From NCBI GenBank assembly GCA_026025795.1, contig JAPEUG010000116.1, positions 1 to 42,002 of the forward strand: a stretch of DNA of 42,002 nucleotides. Reading direction: 5' to 3'. Positions 31,283 to 42,002 of this stretch are shown here, in pieces; position 1 is the stretch's first letter, and each line of letters starts with the position of its first letter. The position numbers were made by a program, and so were the translations under genes. The notes under the pieces are model-generated. The model was given only the letters and a program-made list of their open reading frames with translations. It was not told the origin of the DNA and did not search any database. This stretch comes from Thelocarpon superellum (taxonomy: Eukaryota).

Positions 31283-32626
31283 CTAAGACATATGGAGCCG
31301 GCGATGCGCGTGCACCGTCCCTGTACCCCTACCATCCCACGCGCTCAGTGGACTCGTCAGGGTAAGACCTGTAACGAGGAAAACAAGAGCGTCCAGCTCG
31401 GGTCGGACGAGGACGGAGTACCGTACTCGTTGTAGCAGCACGACTCGAGATCAAGGGCTGGCTCTCGTGTAGCCGCAGCAGCAGGAGCTGCAGCACCGCA
31501 CTGCAGCAGCGTGGCCGGTCGCAGCATTCTCATGGCCACGTACGGGAGCACTACGTCAAACACGCAGCTCCCCCGCGTTGCTCATGACGACTCACTCGGA
31601 TCGTTCGTCGTGCGAGGCGCGGAGGACGGCGCTCGTGTGGGCGTCGTCTGGTCTGCCGCACGGTTACGGACACGTACAAAGTTCTTTGTCCTCTTTTGCA
31701 TCGTAACATTCCTCACGCCCCGTGGTGCTGCCACCATCGACTGGACGGGTCGCTACGAATCATCGCCATCGCGTGGAGGTTCAGGAGCAAGTGATTGTCC
31801 TGTAGATCCAGGAGACGTACCATTGGAGGCTTCGCCGGGCGATTTTCAGGTACCTTACGATACTCCGTGCGGAAAGGTCCGCCGTCGCGGGCCCTCCTAC
31901 TCCCTCTGCTTCCTCCACGTGCGACGTCTTCGTTTCAGGGGCTCGGTTACTTTACCCGATGACGCAAAAAGATGACGCGGCCCCGACTGATTATCTGCCC
32001 GTCGCACAGAGACACGCCTGCACCCGGCGGACTCTGCGGCGCCAGGCGCTGTCGAGGGGTGGGAGAGGTGGAACGGGGGGCCGTGAAGGTGGGTTTAGCC
32101 TAAACTACGTTCGGATCCTGCGACCGTGCAACACTGCAAGTGAAGGTCCACTCAGCAGCCTTTTTGCTCCTGGGGCTCCTGGGGCTCCTGCGTCTGGCTC
32201 CCTCCCTGCCCGTCGCCAAGCGTTAATGGCCCGAATACCGATCATCGCCGGACTAATTTGCATGGTCAATGGCCAAGACCACGCCGCAGACGTGGGTATC
32301 GCTGAAATTAGCCCAGACGCCCAGCCCGACCGGGTCGACCGGGACTGACCTTGCGCGCGTCTGCACTGCTACGGGGAGCGTTAAATCTTGGTGCCGACGC
32401 CAGACGATCCTCGCCGGCTTGTGGGCTCGTAGGCTGGTAGGCTCGTCCGAGTACGATACCACACTTGTACATATCCTCGTCCGTGCCCGCGTCCGGCGTC
32501 TTCGTGGGCTCTCTCTTCTCGAGTGATGCTGGCATCGTCGCCCTCTCTTGCGACTTGCCCACCCGCCCGTCGCGACTGTTGATGCATGTCTTTCGATACT
32601 GTTTCTCCTTCCGGCGCCGAGAGCAG

Positions 32627-34203
32627 ATGGGGATCGGCGACGGCGAGGCCGGCAGCGCCGCTGCCCAGCGGACCAAATGGATCGATGTAAGTGCCACTGG
32701 TCGCGTCGTCGTGGTCGACGAGCACGTCGATATCTCCATTCCTGTTCCGGTGCCTCATGACACCAGCACTGGCGTTTCCCCGGGGGATCAAGGACTGACG
32801 GTGCCCCCCCCGGCTAGGGCCTCCGTGGCATCGCATCCGTCATGGTCATCGTGACCCATCTGACGCGCGCCTTTGACATTGACCTGTTCATCCCCCAGTC
32901 CAGGGAGGATGGGGAGCCACGATTGATGCAATTGCCCTTCCTACGCATCGCCCCACAAGGCCGAATCGGCGTCACCATCTTCGCCTTTCTCACCGGCTAC
33001 GTCTGCGCGCTGAAGCCGCTCAAACAGACGCGGGCCGGAGATCCGGCCGCGGCCTTGTCGACCGTGGCCAAGAGCGCGTTCCGTCGCACGCCGCGGCTGG
33101 TCTTGCCCGCCATCCTCGCCACCTTCTTCGCCTGGACCCTGGCACAGTTCGGGGCCTTCAAGGTGGCGCACCGCTGCGACTCGGAGTGGATCCGCGTGGC
33201 CAGCCCCAACGTGGAGGCGACGCTGCGCAAGGAGATCTACCGCTTCTTTGTCACCGTCATCACCACCTGGACCAACGGTCGCAACGACTACGACGACCAC
33301 CAGTGGTCGCTGCTGCCCCTCCTCCGTGGCTCCATGACCGTGTACACCGTGCTCTCCGCGACGGTGTACATGAAGCCGCGCTACCGCATCCTGGCGACGG
33401 CGGGGCTGTACTGGTTCTTCTTCTGGGCCAAGGATGGTGAGTGGAGCGTCGTGAGTGGGGGGCGAGGCGAGACGGAGACGCGAGACTGACGGCGGGCAGA
33501 AACGTTTGGCATGCAGGCCGTGTACGGCATGTTCATGGCGGACCTGACGCAGCATGCGCCGGTGCAACGCTTCATCGCCCAGCACCGATGGATGGAGATG
33601 GTCTTGACGCCCATCTTGATGATCGGCGGGCTGTATCTGGCCTCGTTTCCCGCGGCCTGCGCCGAATGGACGCCGTGGTCGAACCGGCTGCTGGAGATCG
33701 CGCGCTGGGTCTTCCCCAACGACGCCGACATCCCTCGCTTCTACAGCGCCATCGGCCTGGACTTGGTCATCATGGGCATCCATCTCTCGACGACAGCACG
33801 CGACGTGCTGACGCACCGGCTCCTGCTCTTCCTGGGCCGGAACAGCTTCGCGGTGTATCTGATCCACGGCACCCTGCTCCGCACCGTGCTCATCTGGATG
33901 CTGTACGGCATCTCGGGCCAGCCGTGGACGGCGCAAGTGCCGCACGAGGGCGACGGCGACCCCCCGCCCCCGACCTACCTCCCGATGCGCGGCGCGTCGG
34001 TCATCGCCGTCGCCTTCCCCGCCTGGGTGCTCCTTGTCTACACCGCGGCGCATCTCTGGACGACGCACGTGGACTCGGCCTGTGCCCGGCTGTCGCAGCG
34101 GCTGGAGAAGCACGCGTTCGAGACGGACAACGGGGCGGGGACCTTGGTCTCGCACACGCGCCATCCCGCCCTCGTGGACCCCTCGCAAAAGGCGCGGCAG
34201 TAA
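32627..34203 (+). CDS. Acyltransferase-3 family (OafA-like) multi-pass membrane O-acyltransferase, 3 exons
   Basis: Introns 32687-32817 and 33437-33499. Motifs WIDGLRGIASVMVIVTH, FRRTPRLVLP, QWSL, FLGRNSFAVYLIH. An alternative in-frame ATG lies at 32582. Confidence 0.88.
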
Positions 34204-34960
34204 CCCGCGCCGCCCGCCCCTGACGTGGAGGGGGGTGCGGCTCGATCACTTCCCTTTTGTGCCACCGATAGATTGACGGAGCCCTTGCGAGACCGGCCGG
34301 CGTGCCTGGCGGGGGCGGGGACATTCCTGGCGTCTGCGCGTTGGTAGAGGCCTGACTGCATTTGCGACCGGGCTGTGATGATGCCGAGATTGTGCTTCTG
34401 TTTCGGTCTCTGTCGTTGATCCGGGCGTTTGGACTTTGATCTACACCGACATCTCGGGAGGGGACGTCTTGTACGGGAGGAATTGGCGAGAGAAAGATAC
34501 CCGATTGGTGTACAAAGTGGCCCAATTCGTCCGTTCCGCTCGAGTCAAGGTCTCATCGAGCAAGCGCACCAGGATATCTACTCTACCATGGACATGGCAC
34601 GTTACCGTGTCGACATGGCCCATCTCTGCCTCGCACCCGGTGGACCTGGGTGAGATGAGCCGATGGGTCGTAACGTCTTCGAGGGTAAACGTCTCCGTAC
34701 TACGGACGTGAAGCGTCTGGGGTAGTAAATGTCTCGATTTGCCCTGGATGACTAAGGACGACTTCGTATGACGGCGAAGACCGGGTGGTGCTGGACGCTA
34801 TCGGCCACCGTAGCGGGGCCGGCCCGAACGTGACGGCGACGCCGACGTAGGACAACCAATGATGGACCTGGAGAGTATCAGTAAGTCACGGACTCGATAT
34901 CCTCCTCGAAGATTCATCCCCTCGCCGTCCGCGTTTCAGCTCGCACGACGCTCATCTACC

Positions 34961-36217
34961 ATGGTGCATCCTCTCCTTTCGTCCCCCCTGTTGGCACGAC
35001 GTGCCTTTGCTGACGCATCATCGGTGCACAGGTCACCGAGTCGAAGAAGCGCCTTGCGCTCGCCATCCACGACTTCCTTTCCACCTCACTGGTCGACGGC
35101 ACCCTCTCGGCCGACGACAAGGAATCGATCGAGGTGGCGCAATCATGCATCGCCGAATCCTTCCACATCGACCCCACCGACCAGGCAGCCGTGCAGGACG
35201 CGCTGGGCGGCCAGAGTCTCTTGAGCATCTACGGCGTGTATGAGAAGCTCAAGGGCAGGGGCGCGAGCAGTGCGGGTCCTTCGTCGTCCGGGTCCACCTC
35301 CACCACCACCGCCGCACCCAGCGAGACGCAACAGGCCGAGGCCGAAGGACTGAAGAGCCAAGGCAACGGCGCGATGGCCCGGAAGGATTATGCGGCGGCC
35401 ATCGAGGCCTACACCAAGGCCCTTGCCCTCGTGCCGCAAAACCCCGTCTACCTCTCGAACCGCGCGGCGGCCTTTTCGGCCTCGCACCAACACGACAAGG
35501 CCAAGGCGGATGCGCAAGCGGCCGTGGCGGTGGATCCCAAGTACACCAAGGCGTGGAGCCGGCTCGGCCTGGCGCTGTTCGCGCTGGGCGACGCCCAGGG
35601 CAGCATGGACGCCTACGCGCAGGGCATCGAGCACGAGGGGAGCGGAGGCAGCGACGCGATGAAGAAGGGTTACGAGACGGCCAAGAGAAAGGTCGAGGAA
35701 GAAGGGAGCAACAGCATGGATCCATCGGGATCGGGATTGGGATCGGCACGGGGCCCAGCAGCGGGCGCCGGTGCCGGAGGGATGCCCGATCTGTCCAGCC
35801 TGGCGAGCATGTTGGGCGGAGGTGGTGGCGCTGGCGCTGGCGCTGGAGGCGGAGGCATGCCTGACCTCGGCGGACTGATGAACAACCCGATGTTCGCCAA
35901 CATGGCACAGAAGCTGATGAGCAATCCGCAAATGATGAACAACATCATGAACAACCCGCGGATGCGCGAGATGGCGGAAGGCTTTGGTCGTGGCGGTGGC
36001 GCCGGCGCCGGTGGGGCCGGCGGTGGAGGCATGCCGGATCTGAGTGCGTTGATGTCTGATCCGAGCATTGCCGAAATGTGAGTGCGACCGTGGCGCTCGT
36101 TTCGCGAGAGAGGCTGACCGTCCCAGGGCGCGGAATATGATGGGTGGCGGGGCGGGCGGGGCCGGAGCAGGGGCCGGAGCGGGACGAGGCGGGGCCGGGG
36201 CCGGGGCCGGAACGTGA
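34961..36217 (+). CDS. SGT2: Small glutamine-rich TPR co-chaperone Sgt2 (GET pathway), 3 exons
   Basis: ATG-only first coding exon, introns 34964-35031 and 36078-36126. Dimerisation domain KKRLALAIHDFL...IEVAQSCIAESF, three TPRs (LKSQGN, YLSNRAAA, KAWSRLG), and an STI1-like Met/Gly-rich tail. Confidence 0.92.
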
Positions 36218-36310
36218 GGGGACCATGCAGCGTCGCGGATGACGGAGACCGGACACGAGCATGACCAGGGACGGCGTAGGCACGATGCATGATGAGACGA
36301 ACTAGAAAGG

Positions 36311-36987
36311 TCAATCAAGTTGTAATCTCCACAGGCCATCACCCAGATAATGCCCTCCTTCCACCGCGACGCCTTTTCCCTTTTCTCTCATCTCGTTGGT
36401 GCTCATGGCCAGGACGCCGACCATGCAGGCCTCTTCTTTCCCCTCGGCCTCCACCACGACCGGCTCTCCCCTCTCCAATGGACCTGTATCCCACGCGTCT
36501 CCCCCCCCCTCCCCCTCCTCCGTCTCCCGCCCACCGCCCACGGGTGGCAGCCAACCCCCCTTACTCGTCAACCCCGGCACCATCAGCGTGGCACCGGACA
36601 GCACGAACCGAATCGCGCCGCGATCCACCCGGACCTTGGCCCAACAGCCCGGAAAGCGATGCACGAGCCTCAGCGCCGGGAGCAGCGCGTCGTCCATGTG
36701 CTGGAAGAACAGTGGGTCGGCACCCAGGGCGTACAGGGAGATTCGGTCCGGGAGCTTGATGAGATCGAGTTGGGATTTCTTGGGCAAGATCTCGTCGATG
36801 TACGGCGTCAGGAGAGGGTAGGTGGAGAGGATCTTGCCGCGGATGCCCCGTTGGATGGAGGATTTGAGCTTGGACTTTGCCCCGGCCGAGATGCTGCAAC
36901 GAGAGGAGAGATGAGTGGGGGCCTGGCACCAGACGGAGGGCGGAAAGGAAGGGATGGGAAGGGGATCGTGTACTCTTTTTTGAACAT
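36311..36987 (-). CDS. TMA20: Translation machinery-associated protein 20 (MCT-1, PUA domain), 2 exons
   Basis: MFKKD / intron 36973-36894 / ISAGAKSKLKSSIQRGIR; VDRGAIRFVLSGATLMVPGLTS; HYLGDGLW. Confidence 0.93.
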
Positions 36988-37466
36988 GGTGCGTTGCGTT
37001 ACTTCTGTCGGTCTGTGGGTTTCTTGTGGTAGAGGAGGCTGTATCGTGGATTACAGGAGGATTGATGTACTCGATCCGATCAAATCAGTCGAGAGGATCA
37101 AGCTCCCGTGCCCCTCATCCCTCACGTCCCGCATCCAACGCCGACGGTCGTGAACTCGTTCTGCGTACTGGGTGCGAGGCGTCTGCCGAGGGGTAAATAG
37201 GGGGGTCGAGATGGACCCGGCCGCACTTTATGACTTTATATCCCGCGCCGCTTTGCGTCGTGTGTACGAGTAGGGGAATGTCCGGGACAGGAACGAGTAC
37301 GAACGATGGCGAGCGGCTGGTTCGTTCTCCGCGCGAGCTTCGAGTGCAGAGTGCTCCCTGTATATACGACAGCCTCCGGGGGGCAATGCCCACGATAGTG
37401 GACCTGTGAGCCATACCCATCAGAAGCGGAACCAAGCTAACCGTCCCAACACAGGTCGCTCCGGTC

Positions 37467-39323
37467 ATGGACCGTCACGACCAAGCGGTGGCTCGCATTG
37501 CCGCCCAGGTGCGAGGATTCCACGAGCGAAAGGAGGGATTCCGAATCTATCACGGGTCGACCAACAGCACGCGGCCGTGTACCTTCTCGGCGGACAAGAT
37601 GGTCGACACCAGCCATCTCTCACACGTGCTCTCGGTCGACCGGGGCACGAGGACGGTGGTGGTGGAGGCCAACGTGCCCATGGACGTCCTTGTCTCCGCC
37701 ACGCGGGCGCACGGCCTTCTCCCGCCCGTGGTGATGGAGTTCCCCGGCATCACGGTGGGCGGCGGCTTTGCCGGGACGGCGGGCGAGAGCAGTTCCTTCC
37801 GGCATGGCTTCTTCGACCGGACGGCCAATTGGGTGGAGATGGTGCTGGCGGATGGCGAGGTGGTGCGCGCGTCGGCGGGCGAGAGGCCGGACCTGTTTCG
37901 TGGTGCGGCGGGCACGTTTGGCACCTTGGGCGTCGCGACGCTGTTTGAGCTGCGCCTGGTGGACGCGAGGACGTACGTGCACTTGACCTATCGGCCCGTC
38001 AGGAGCGTGGCGGAGGCGATTGCCGCCATCGAGCGCGCGAGCGAGGATGAGACGGTCGACTACATCGATGGCATCCTGTATGCGCTGGATCGGGGCGTGG
38101 TCATGACCGGGCGACGCACGGACGGCGAGGACGGCGTGAGGGTGCAGGGGTTCCGCGCGGCGTGGGACCCGTGGTTCTACCTGCACGCCGAGGACATGAT
38201 GACGAGATGCATGTCGACGCCGACGATGACACCCGCCACCGAGCTCATCCCCGTGCAAGACTACCTGTTCCGGTACGACCGAGGAGCATTCTGGACGGGC
38301 AAATACGCCTACGAGTACTTCATGACGCCCTTGAACGCCTGCACGCGCTGGGCTCTGGACGCATTCATGCACACGCGCGTCATGTACCACGCGCTCCACG
38401 AGAGCGGGCTGGGCGAGCAGTATCTGATCCAGGATCTCGCGCTACCGGTTGGAAAGGCCGAGGAATTCATCCGATATGTCGATGCGAGTCTGGGTGTCTA
38501 TCCGCTCTGGCTGTGTCCGCTGGCACCGGGGGCCGCGGTATCGATGAGTCCTCATTCTCGACCCACGGTCGCGTCCAGCCGGGGTCCATCTGCATCCACC
38601 AGCACGGGGACGACCACGCCCCACGCCACCACGACGCTGCTGAACGTCGGCGTCTGGGGACCCATCCTCCCCATCCGTACCCCGTGCCCTCTTTCCCACT
38701 TCGTCCGCACGAACCGCGACCTCGAGCGGAAAGTGCGCGAGCTGAACGGGATGAAATGGCTGTACGCCACCGCATACTACACCTTGGATGAACTGTGGGC
38801 CATCTACGATCGGGAGTGGTACGACGCCTTGCGCAGGAAATACGGCGCCGAGACGCTGCCGAGTGTCTTTGAGAAGGTTTGTTCGTCGTTTGATCCGTCC
38901 GATCTGGAGGAGACGAGAGACGAGAGGGGAAAGATGAGAGGGATCCGAGATATCCTGCGCTCCACTTATCCGCTCGCGGGCGTATATGGCGTGGTGAGAA
39001 TGATGTCGGGGAGTCGGTATCTATTGTCCCCTCCCTCCGTCTCTTCCACCAGCTCTTCTCCTTCCAACCCCTCGAGAGGAAAATCTATAGGAGAGAAAAC
39101 AGCACGAGACGAGACGACAACGACGAAGATGCAGCTAATGGTGACGGTGATGACCAAAGGAATGCGAGACCTGGGATACACCCTCCTCACCTACCTGGCT
39201 CTCTTCCTTGCTGCTCTAGCGTGGGTGATCTTTCCTTCCAATCGGCGAGACCCCATCACTCGTACTTTCACCTCTTCTTCTCCGTCTCCTTCTCCTTCTT
39301 CTTTGGGTAGGATCCGTACATAG
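37467..39323 (+). CDS. FAD-binding oxidoreductase, Delta24-sterol reductase (DHCR24/DWF1)-like
   Basis: Intronless 618-aa ORF. Motifs HGSTNSTR, VEANVPMD, EFPGITVGGGFAG..GESSSFRHG, DYLFRYDRG, KWLYA; hydrophobic C-terminal helix. Confidence 0.9.
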   Translation: MDRHDQAVARIAAQVRGFHERKEGFRIYHGSTNSTRPCTFSADKMVDTSHLSHVLSVDRGTRTVVVEANVPMDVLVSATRAHGLLPPVVMEFPGITVGGGFAGTAGESSSFRHGFFDRTANWVEMVLADGEVVRASAGERPDLFRGAAGTFGTLGVATLFELRLVDARTYVHLTYRPVRSVAEAIAAIERASEDETVDYIDGILYALDRGVVMTGRRTDGEDGVRVQGFRAAWDPWFYLHAEDMMTRCMSTPTMTPATELIPVQDYLFRYDRGAFWTGKYAYEYFMTPLNACTRWALDAFMHTRVMYHALHESGLGEQYLIQDLALPVGKAEEFIRYVDASLGVYPLWLCPLAPGAAVSMSPHSRPTVASSRGPSASTSTGTTTPHATTTLLNVGVWGPILPIRTPCPLSHFVRTNRDLERKVRELNGMKWLYATAYYTLDELWAIYDREWYDALRRKYGAETLPSVFEKVCSSFDPSDLEETRDERGKMRGIRDILRSTYPLAGVYGVVRMMSGSRYLLSPPSVSSTSSSPSNPSRGKSIGEKTARDETTTTKMQLMVTVMTKGMRDLGYTLLTYLALFLAALAWVIFPSNRRDPITRTFTSSSPSPSPSSLGRIRT

Positions 39324-39429
39324 GACACGGCAGGACGGTTATAGATTACACCAAGGGTGAGTCAGGCCGCAGGATGATGCTGGTGCCGGCACCAGTCAGC
39401 CATGTCAGTCACGGAGTAGTCTAGGGAAG

Positions 39430-39999
39430 TCAGCCACACGCTATCTCGGCCGTTCGTTGCATGTCTGAGTCTGATGCTCTGATATCAGCATGTGGTGGTT
39501 GCTTCCATTTCTGGAGCGCCGTAGGAGATCCCCGAGAGCTTGGGGAGCCGGGGGCGCATCTCAATGTCCCACAAGGCTGTCGCGCCGTGAGCCTCGTTCC
39601 GGCGTGGACGAGCGACGCCCTTCGCACACGCGACCGTAAATGTCTTCTTCGCAGAGAAGCTCGCGCCACGTCGAGCATGCCCGCGCTGACGTCGACGCCG
39701 ACGACCCGCCCGGCAGCACCGACGAGTCGGCGCGCATCGAGTGGGACCAGCCCGGTGCCGCACGCCAGGTCCAGGACGGACTGACCGGGCTGGATGTCGG
39801 CCCACCGGACAAAGTCCGAGGACAGGCGCTTGTGGAACGCGTCATTGGACGCGTCGTAGCTGCTGCTGCGCGACCCGTAGAGATGGCCGACTACCTGCGA
39901 GTGGGCCGTCGAGTCATCCATGTTGGCGCAGACGGGAGGGTCGGTCCGTTGGTCGGGCGGGTCCGTCGAGGCGGTACACTGTGCCGGCTGCGTTGACAT
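39430..39999 (-). pseudogene. Truncated SAM-dependent (UbiE-like) methyltransferase
   Basis: Clear motif I (VLDLACGTG) and VVGVDVSAGMLDVAR, but recognisable similarity stops near 39660 with no motif II/III and no obvious intron to rescue it. Confidence 0.55.
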
Positions 40000-40322
40000 G
40001 GCATGCGTGAGCAGATGAGAGAGAAGGACAAGGAGAGGAGAGGGCGATGACGAGAGGGGGTCCAGCTTCATCTTTCGTGCGATCGCCGTTGATGGGTGGA
40101 TAGTTGAGGATGATGATAAAGAACCAAAGATTCATCTACCAGATCAATGGGATCATAACGTTTGATGAAGGGCGTCATTGACCTCGTCATTGAGGCATTT
40201 ATGAATGTGAATGGAATGCATCGTACGCCATCTAAGTGTACCTCAACTCCGCCCCCCTCTCCCCCTCGCTGTACCATGTCATTATGTTCGTTTCATCTAT
40301 CTTCTTGGTCAGGTAGTGATTC

Positions 40323-41360
40323 CTACCTTCGATCCATCGCATCCACCATCATGGCCCCGTCTCCCCCACCTCCCACCCCTGCTCCCACCCCTGCCCCTGC
40401 TCCTGCCCCTGCACCCTCTCCAACGCCAGTCCCAGTCTCATGCCGCGTTCCATCTCCCGTCACTGGCCCCGCGCCGTTTCCGATTCCCCCGTCGGCACGA
40501 TCCACCACCAGGTCATCTTCCTCCTCGTCCTCATCTTCGTCCTCGTCGTCCTCCTCTTCGAAGCCCGAATCGATGCGTAAGCGCCGCAGCCGATCCTTCA
40601 TCTCCGCCCTCCGCGCGTCCTGCCACCGCATCAGGGCCGCGGCAGCGTGGACGCGGAATCCATAGATGCGTGGCTCGTAGCGTCGCTGCGACTTCTCGGG
40701 GATGAGGGCCGGATAGACCTGGAACAGGATGTTGTGGAAGGAGGTGCCAAAGTATGCGCCGTCGATCTGGCCGTGCCGCGACGACTTTGGGCTGTACAAG
40801 TCTTCGCATCGGCCGCAGTAGAGCCTGACCGCTCGGACGTTCGCGTTGTCCGACATACCCATGGGGAGCAGCGGGTGGTGTTCGCACATGACGCGGGGGC
40901 ATTTGCCAAAGTCGCCTTTTTTGTATTTGTCCAGCTGTCCCGCACCCACGCCATGCCCCGTCAGCCTGGCCCTTGTCTTCTGGAGTCATTCCGAGCGGAG
41001 CGAGGAACAGTCACGCGGGGGAAGATGCTGCGAGCGCCGCGAGACACAACAACTCACCATCTTCGCCAGACCACGGGTCGTGACGATGTATCTGGCATGC
41101 ACAAGCCCGTAGAGATGGCGGGCCGATTTCTCAATCTGATCCCGCATCTCGTCGTCGCAGTCGAGATCGAAGACGTCGGTGACCATGTCCAGGGCATACT
41201 GGTAGTACTGCACCTCGGTGTTCAGGCCGGTCAGGTTGAAGCGGTCGGTGAGGTATTCTTCGTCGATCTCGCAGAAGTACTCGTTGCCGCGCGACGAGAT
41301 GAACCAGTCGCGCCAGTAGGCCGTGTAGTCGCTGTCGGTTTCGCTGTTGAAGTCGTCCAT
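40323..41360 (-). CDS. CKB2: Casein kinase II regulatory (beta) subunit, 2 exons
   Basis: Starts MDDFNSETDSDYTAYWRDWFISSRGNEYFCEIDEEY; intron 41057-40935. Motifs LYGLVHARYI, FGKCPRVMC, LYCGRCEDLY, DGAYFG. The beta-2 paralogue assignment is from N-terminal recall. Confidence 0.92.
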
Positions 41361-41419
41361 GTTGGGGAAAACGCGGGCGAGGGGTGAATGAGCGGATGTG
41401 GGACAGAGGAAAGGGTGAA

Positions 41420-41461
<42 letters not shown>
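41420..41461. repeat. Poly-G tract of 42 nt (poly-C on the CK2 beta sense strand)
   Basis: Uninterrupted G run 60-100 bp upstream of the CK2 beta ATG. Confidence 0.9.
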
Positions 41462-41462
<1 letters not shown>

Positions 41463-41664
41463 GGGGAATTTCTGGCATTATGAGTCGTTCGGTGGTTGAC
41501 GAGGATGGAGGTGGGAGGATGACTACGGGGGGCCATAGCACCAAGACTGCAAGTCAGTCACGCCCGCCTCGTCACCATCACCACCACCAGCATCACGCCG
41601 AGTGTGGGAGACTGGTAGAAGCCGGTGGATTTCGTATCCAAGACTCTCCCGGTACTGCCCCTAC

Positions 41665-42002
41665 CTATTCCATCGGCGGAAAGTACTCTCGTCGGTGTCG
41701 CCCGTCCTCTCCGTGGAGGCCCACGTTCACCACAGGACTGATGCTGCCGCCACTGCTATCGCCGCGGTCGCTACGCTCCACCAGAAAGTCCGGGTCGAGC
41801 CCGACGCCAGCTACACCTGCCACGCCACCCACGCCACCCACGCCACCCACGCCACCCACGCCGTTGACGTGAGGGGAAGCTCCCCCATGCGCGTCCACCA
41901 GCTCCAGCACGCGTCGAAGCGTGGCCCCCGACTCGTCCAAGGCCATGAGGAAGCGCGCTAGTTCCTTGCAAAGATCCCAGTCTCGGTCGTCGCGGGCACG
42001 AG
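41665..42002 (-). CDS. RIC1: 3' end of a Ric1-family protein (Ypt6/Rab6 GEF subunit); gene enters from the right edge
   Basis: Minus frame from 42000 reads RARDDRDWDLCKELARFLMALDESGATLRRVLELV, resembling the fungal Ric1 C-terminus. It is followed by a GGV-repeat tail (9-bp repeats) and a stop at 41665. Confidence 0.72.
   Translation of the reverse strand, partial: RARDDRDWDLCKELARFLMALDESGATLRRVLELVDAHGGASPHVNGVGGVGGVGGVGGVAGVAGVGLDPDFLVERSDRGDSSGGSISPVVNVGLHGEDGRHRREYFPPME

Noticed and set aside
41131..41872. Poly-Pro and poly-Gly ORFs
   Set aside because: Translations of the G42 tract and the 9-bp repeats.
1..42002. tRNA, rRNA, transposase or secondary-metabolite cluster
   Set aside because: None recognised by eye; there is no backbone synthase near the acyltransferase, oxidoreductase or methyltransferase genes.

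Overview
GC-rich, intron-containing genomic DNA from a filamentous ascomycete (Pezizomycotina-type genes, short GT-AG introns with CTRAC-like branch sites). Manual splicing gives about 17 protein-coding loci. In order: 5' end of NADP-glutamate dehydrogenase (gdhA), a PTH11-like receptor fused to an MFS fucose-permease-like transporter, an aldo-keto reductase, GUT2, OLA1, a PPPDE/DeSI peptidase, MRPS18 (uS11m), TIM44, a patatin phospholipase fused to tandem ZZ-like zinc fingers, a VPS9-ankyrin-PX protein (VRL1), an I78 protease inhibitor, an acyltransferase-3, SGT2, TMA20, a DHCR24-like FAD oxidoreductase, CK2 beta and the 3' end of RIC1. There are also two probably degenerate genes. Most notable: (1) the patatin-ZZ gene has intact catalytic motifs but one in-frame TGA in the TGA-CTAG readthrough context, a GC-AG intron, and an intron whose retention gives a patatin-only isoform; (2) OLA1 has an AUG-less upstream extension resembling a mitochondrial presequence and a box C/D snoRNA candidate in intron 2; (3) the receptor-transporter fusion junction lies inside one exon. 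All gene models and family calls come from reading the sequence by eye and have not been checked by search.
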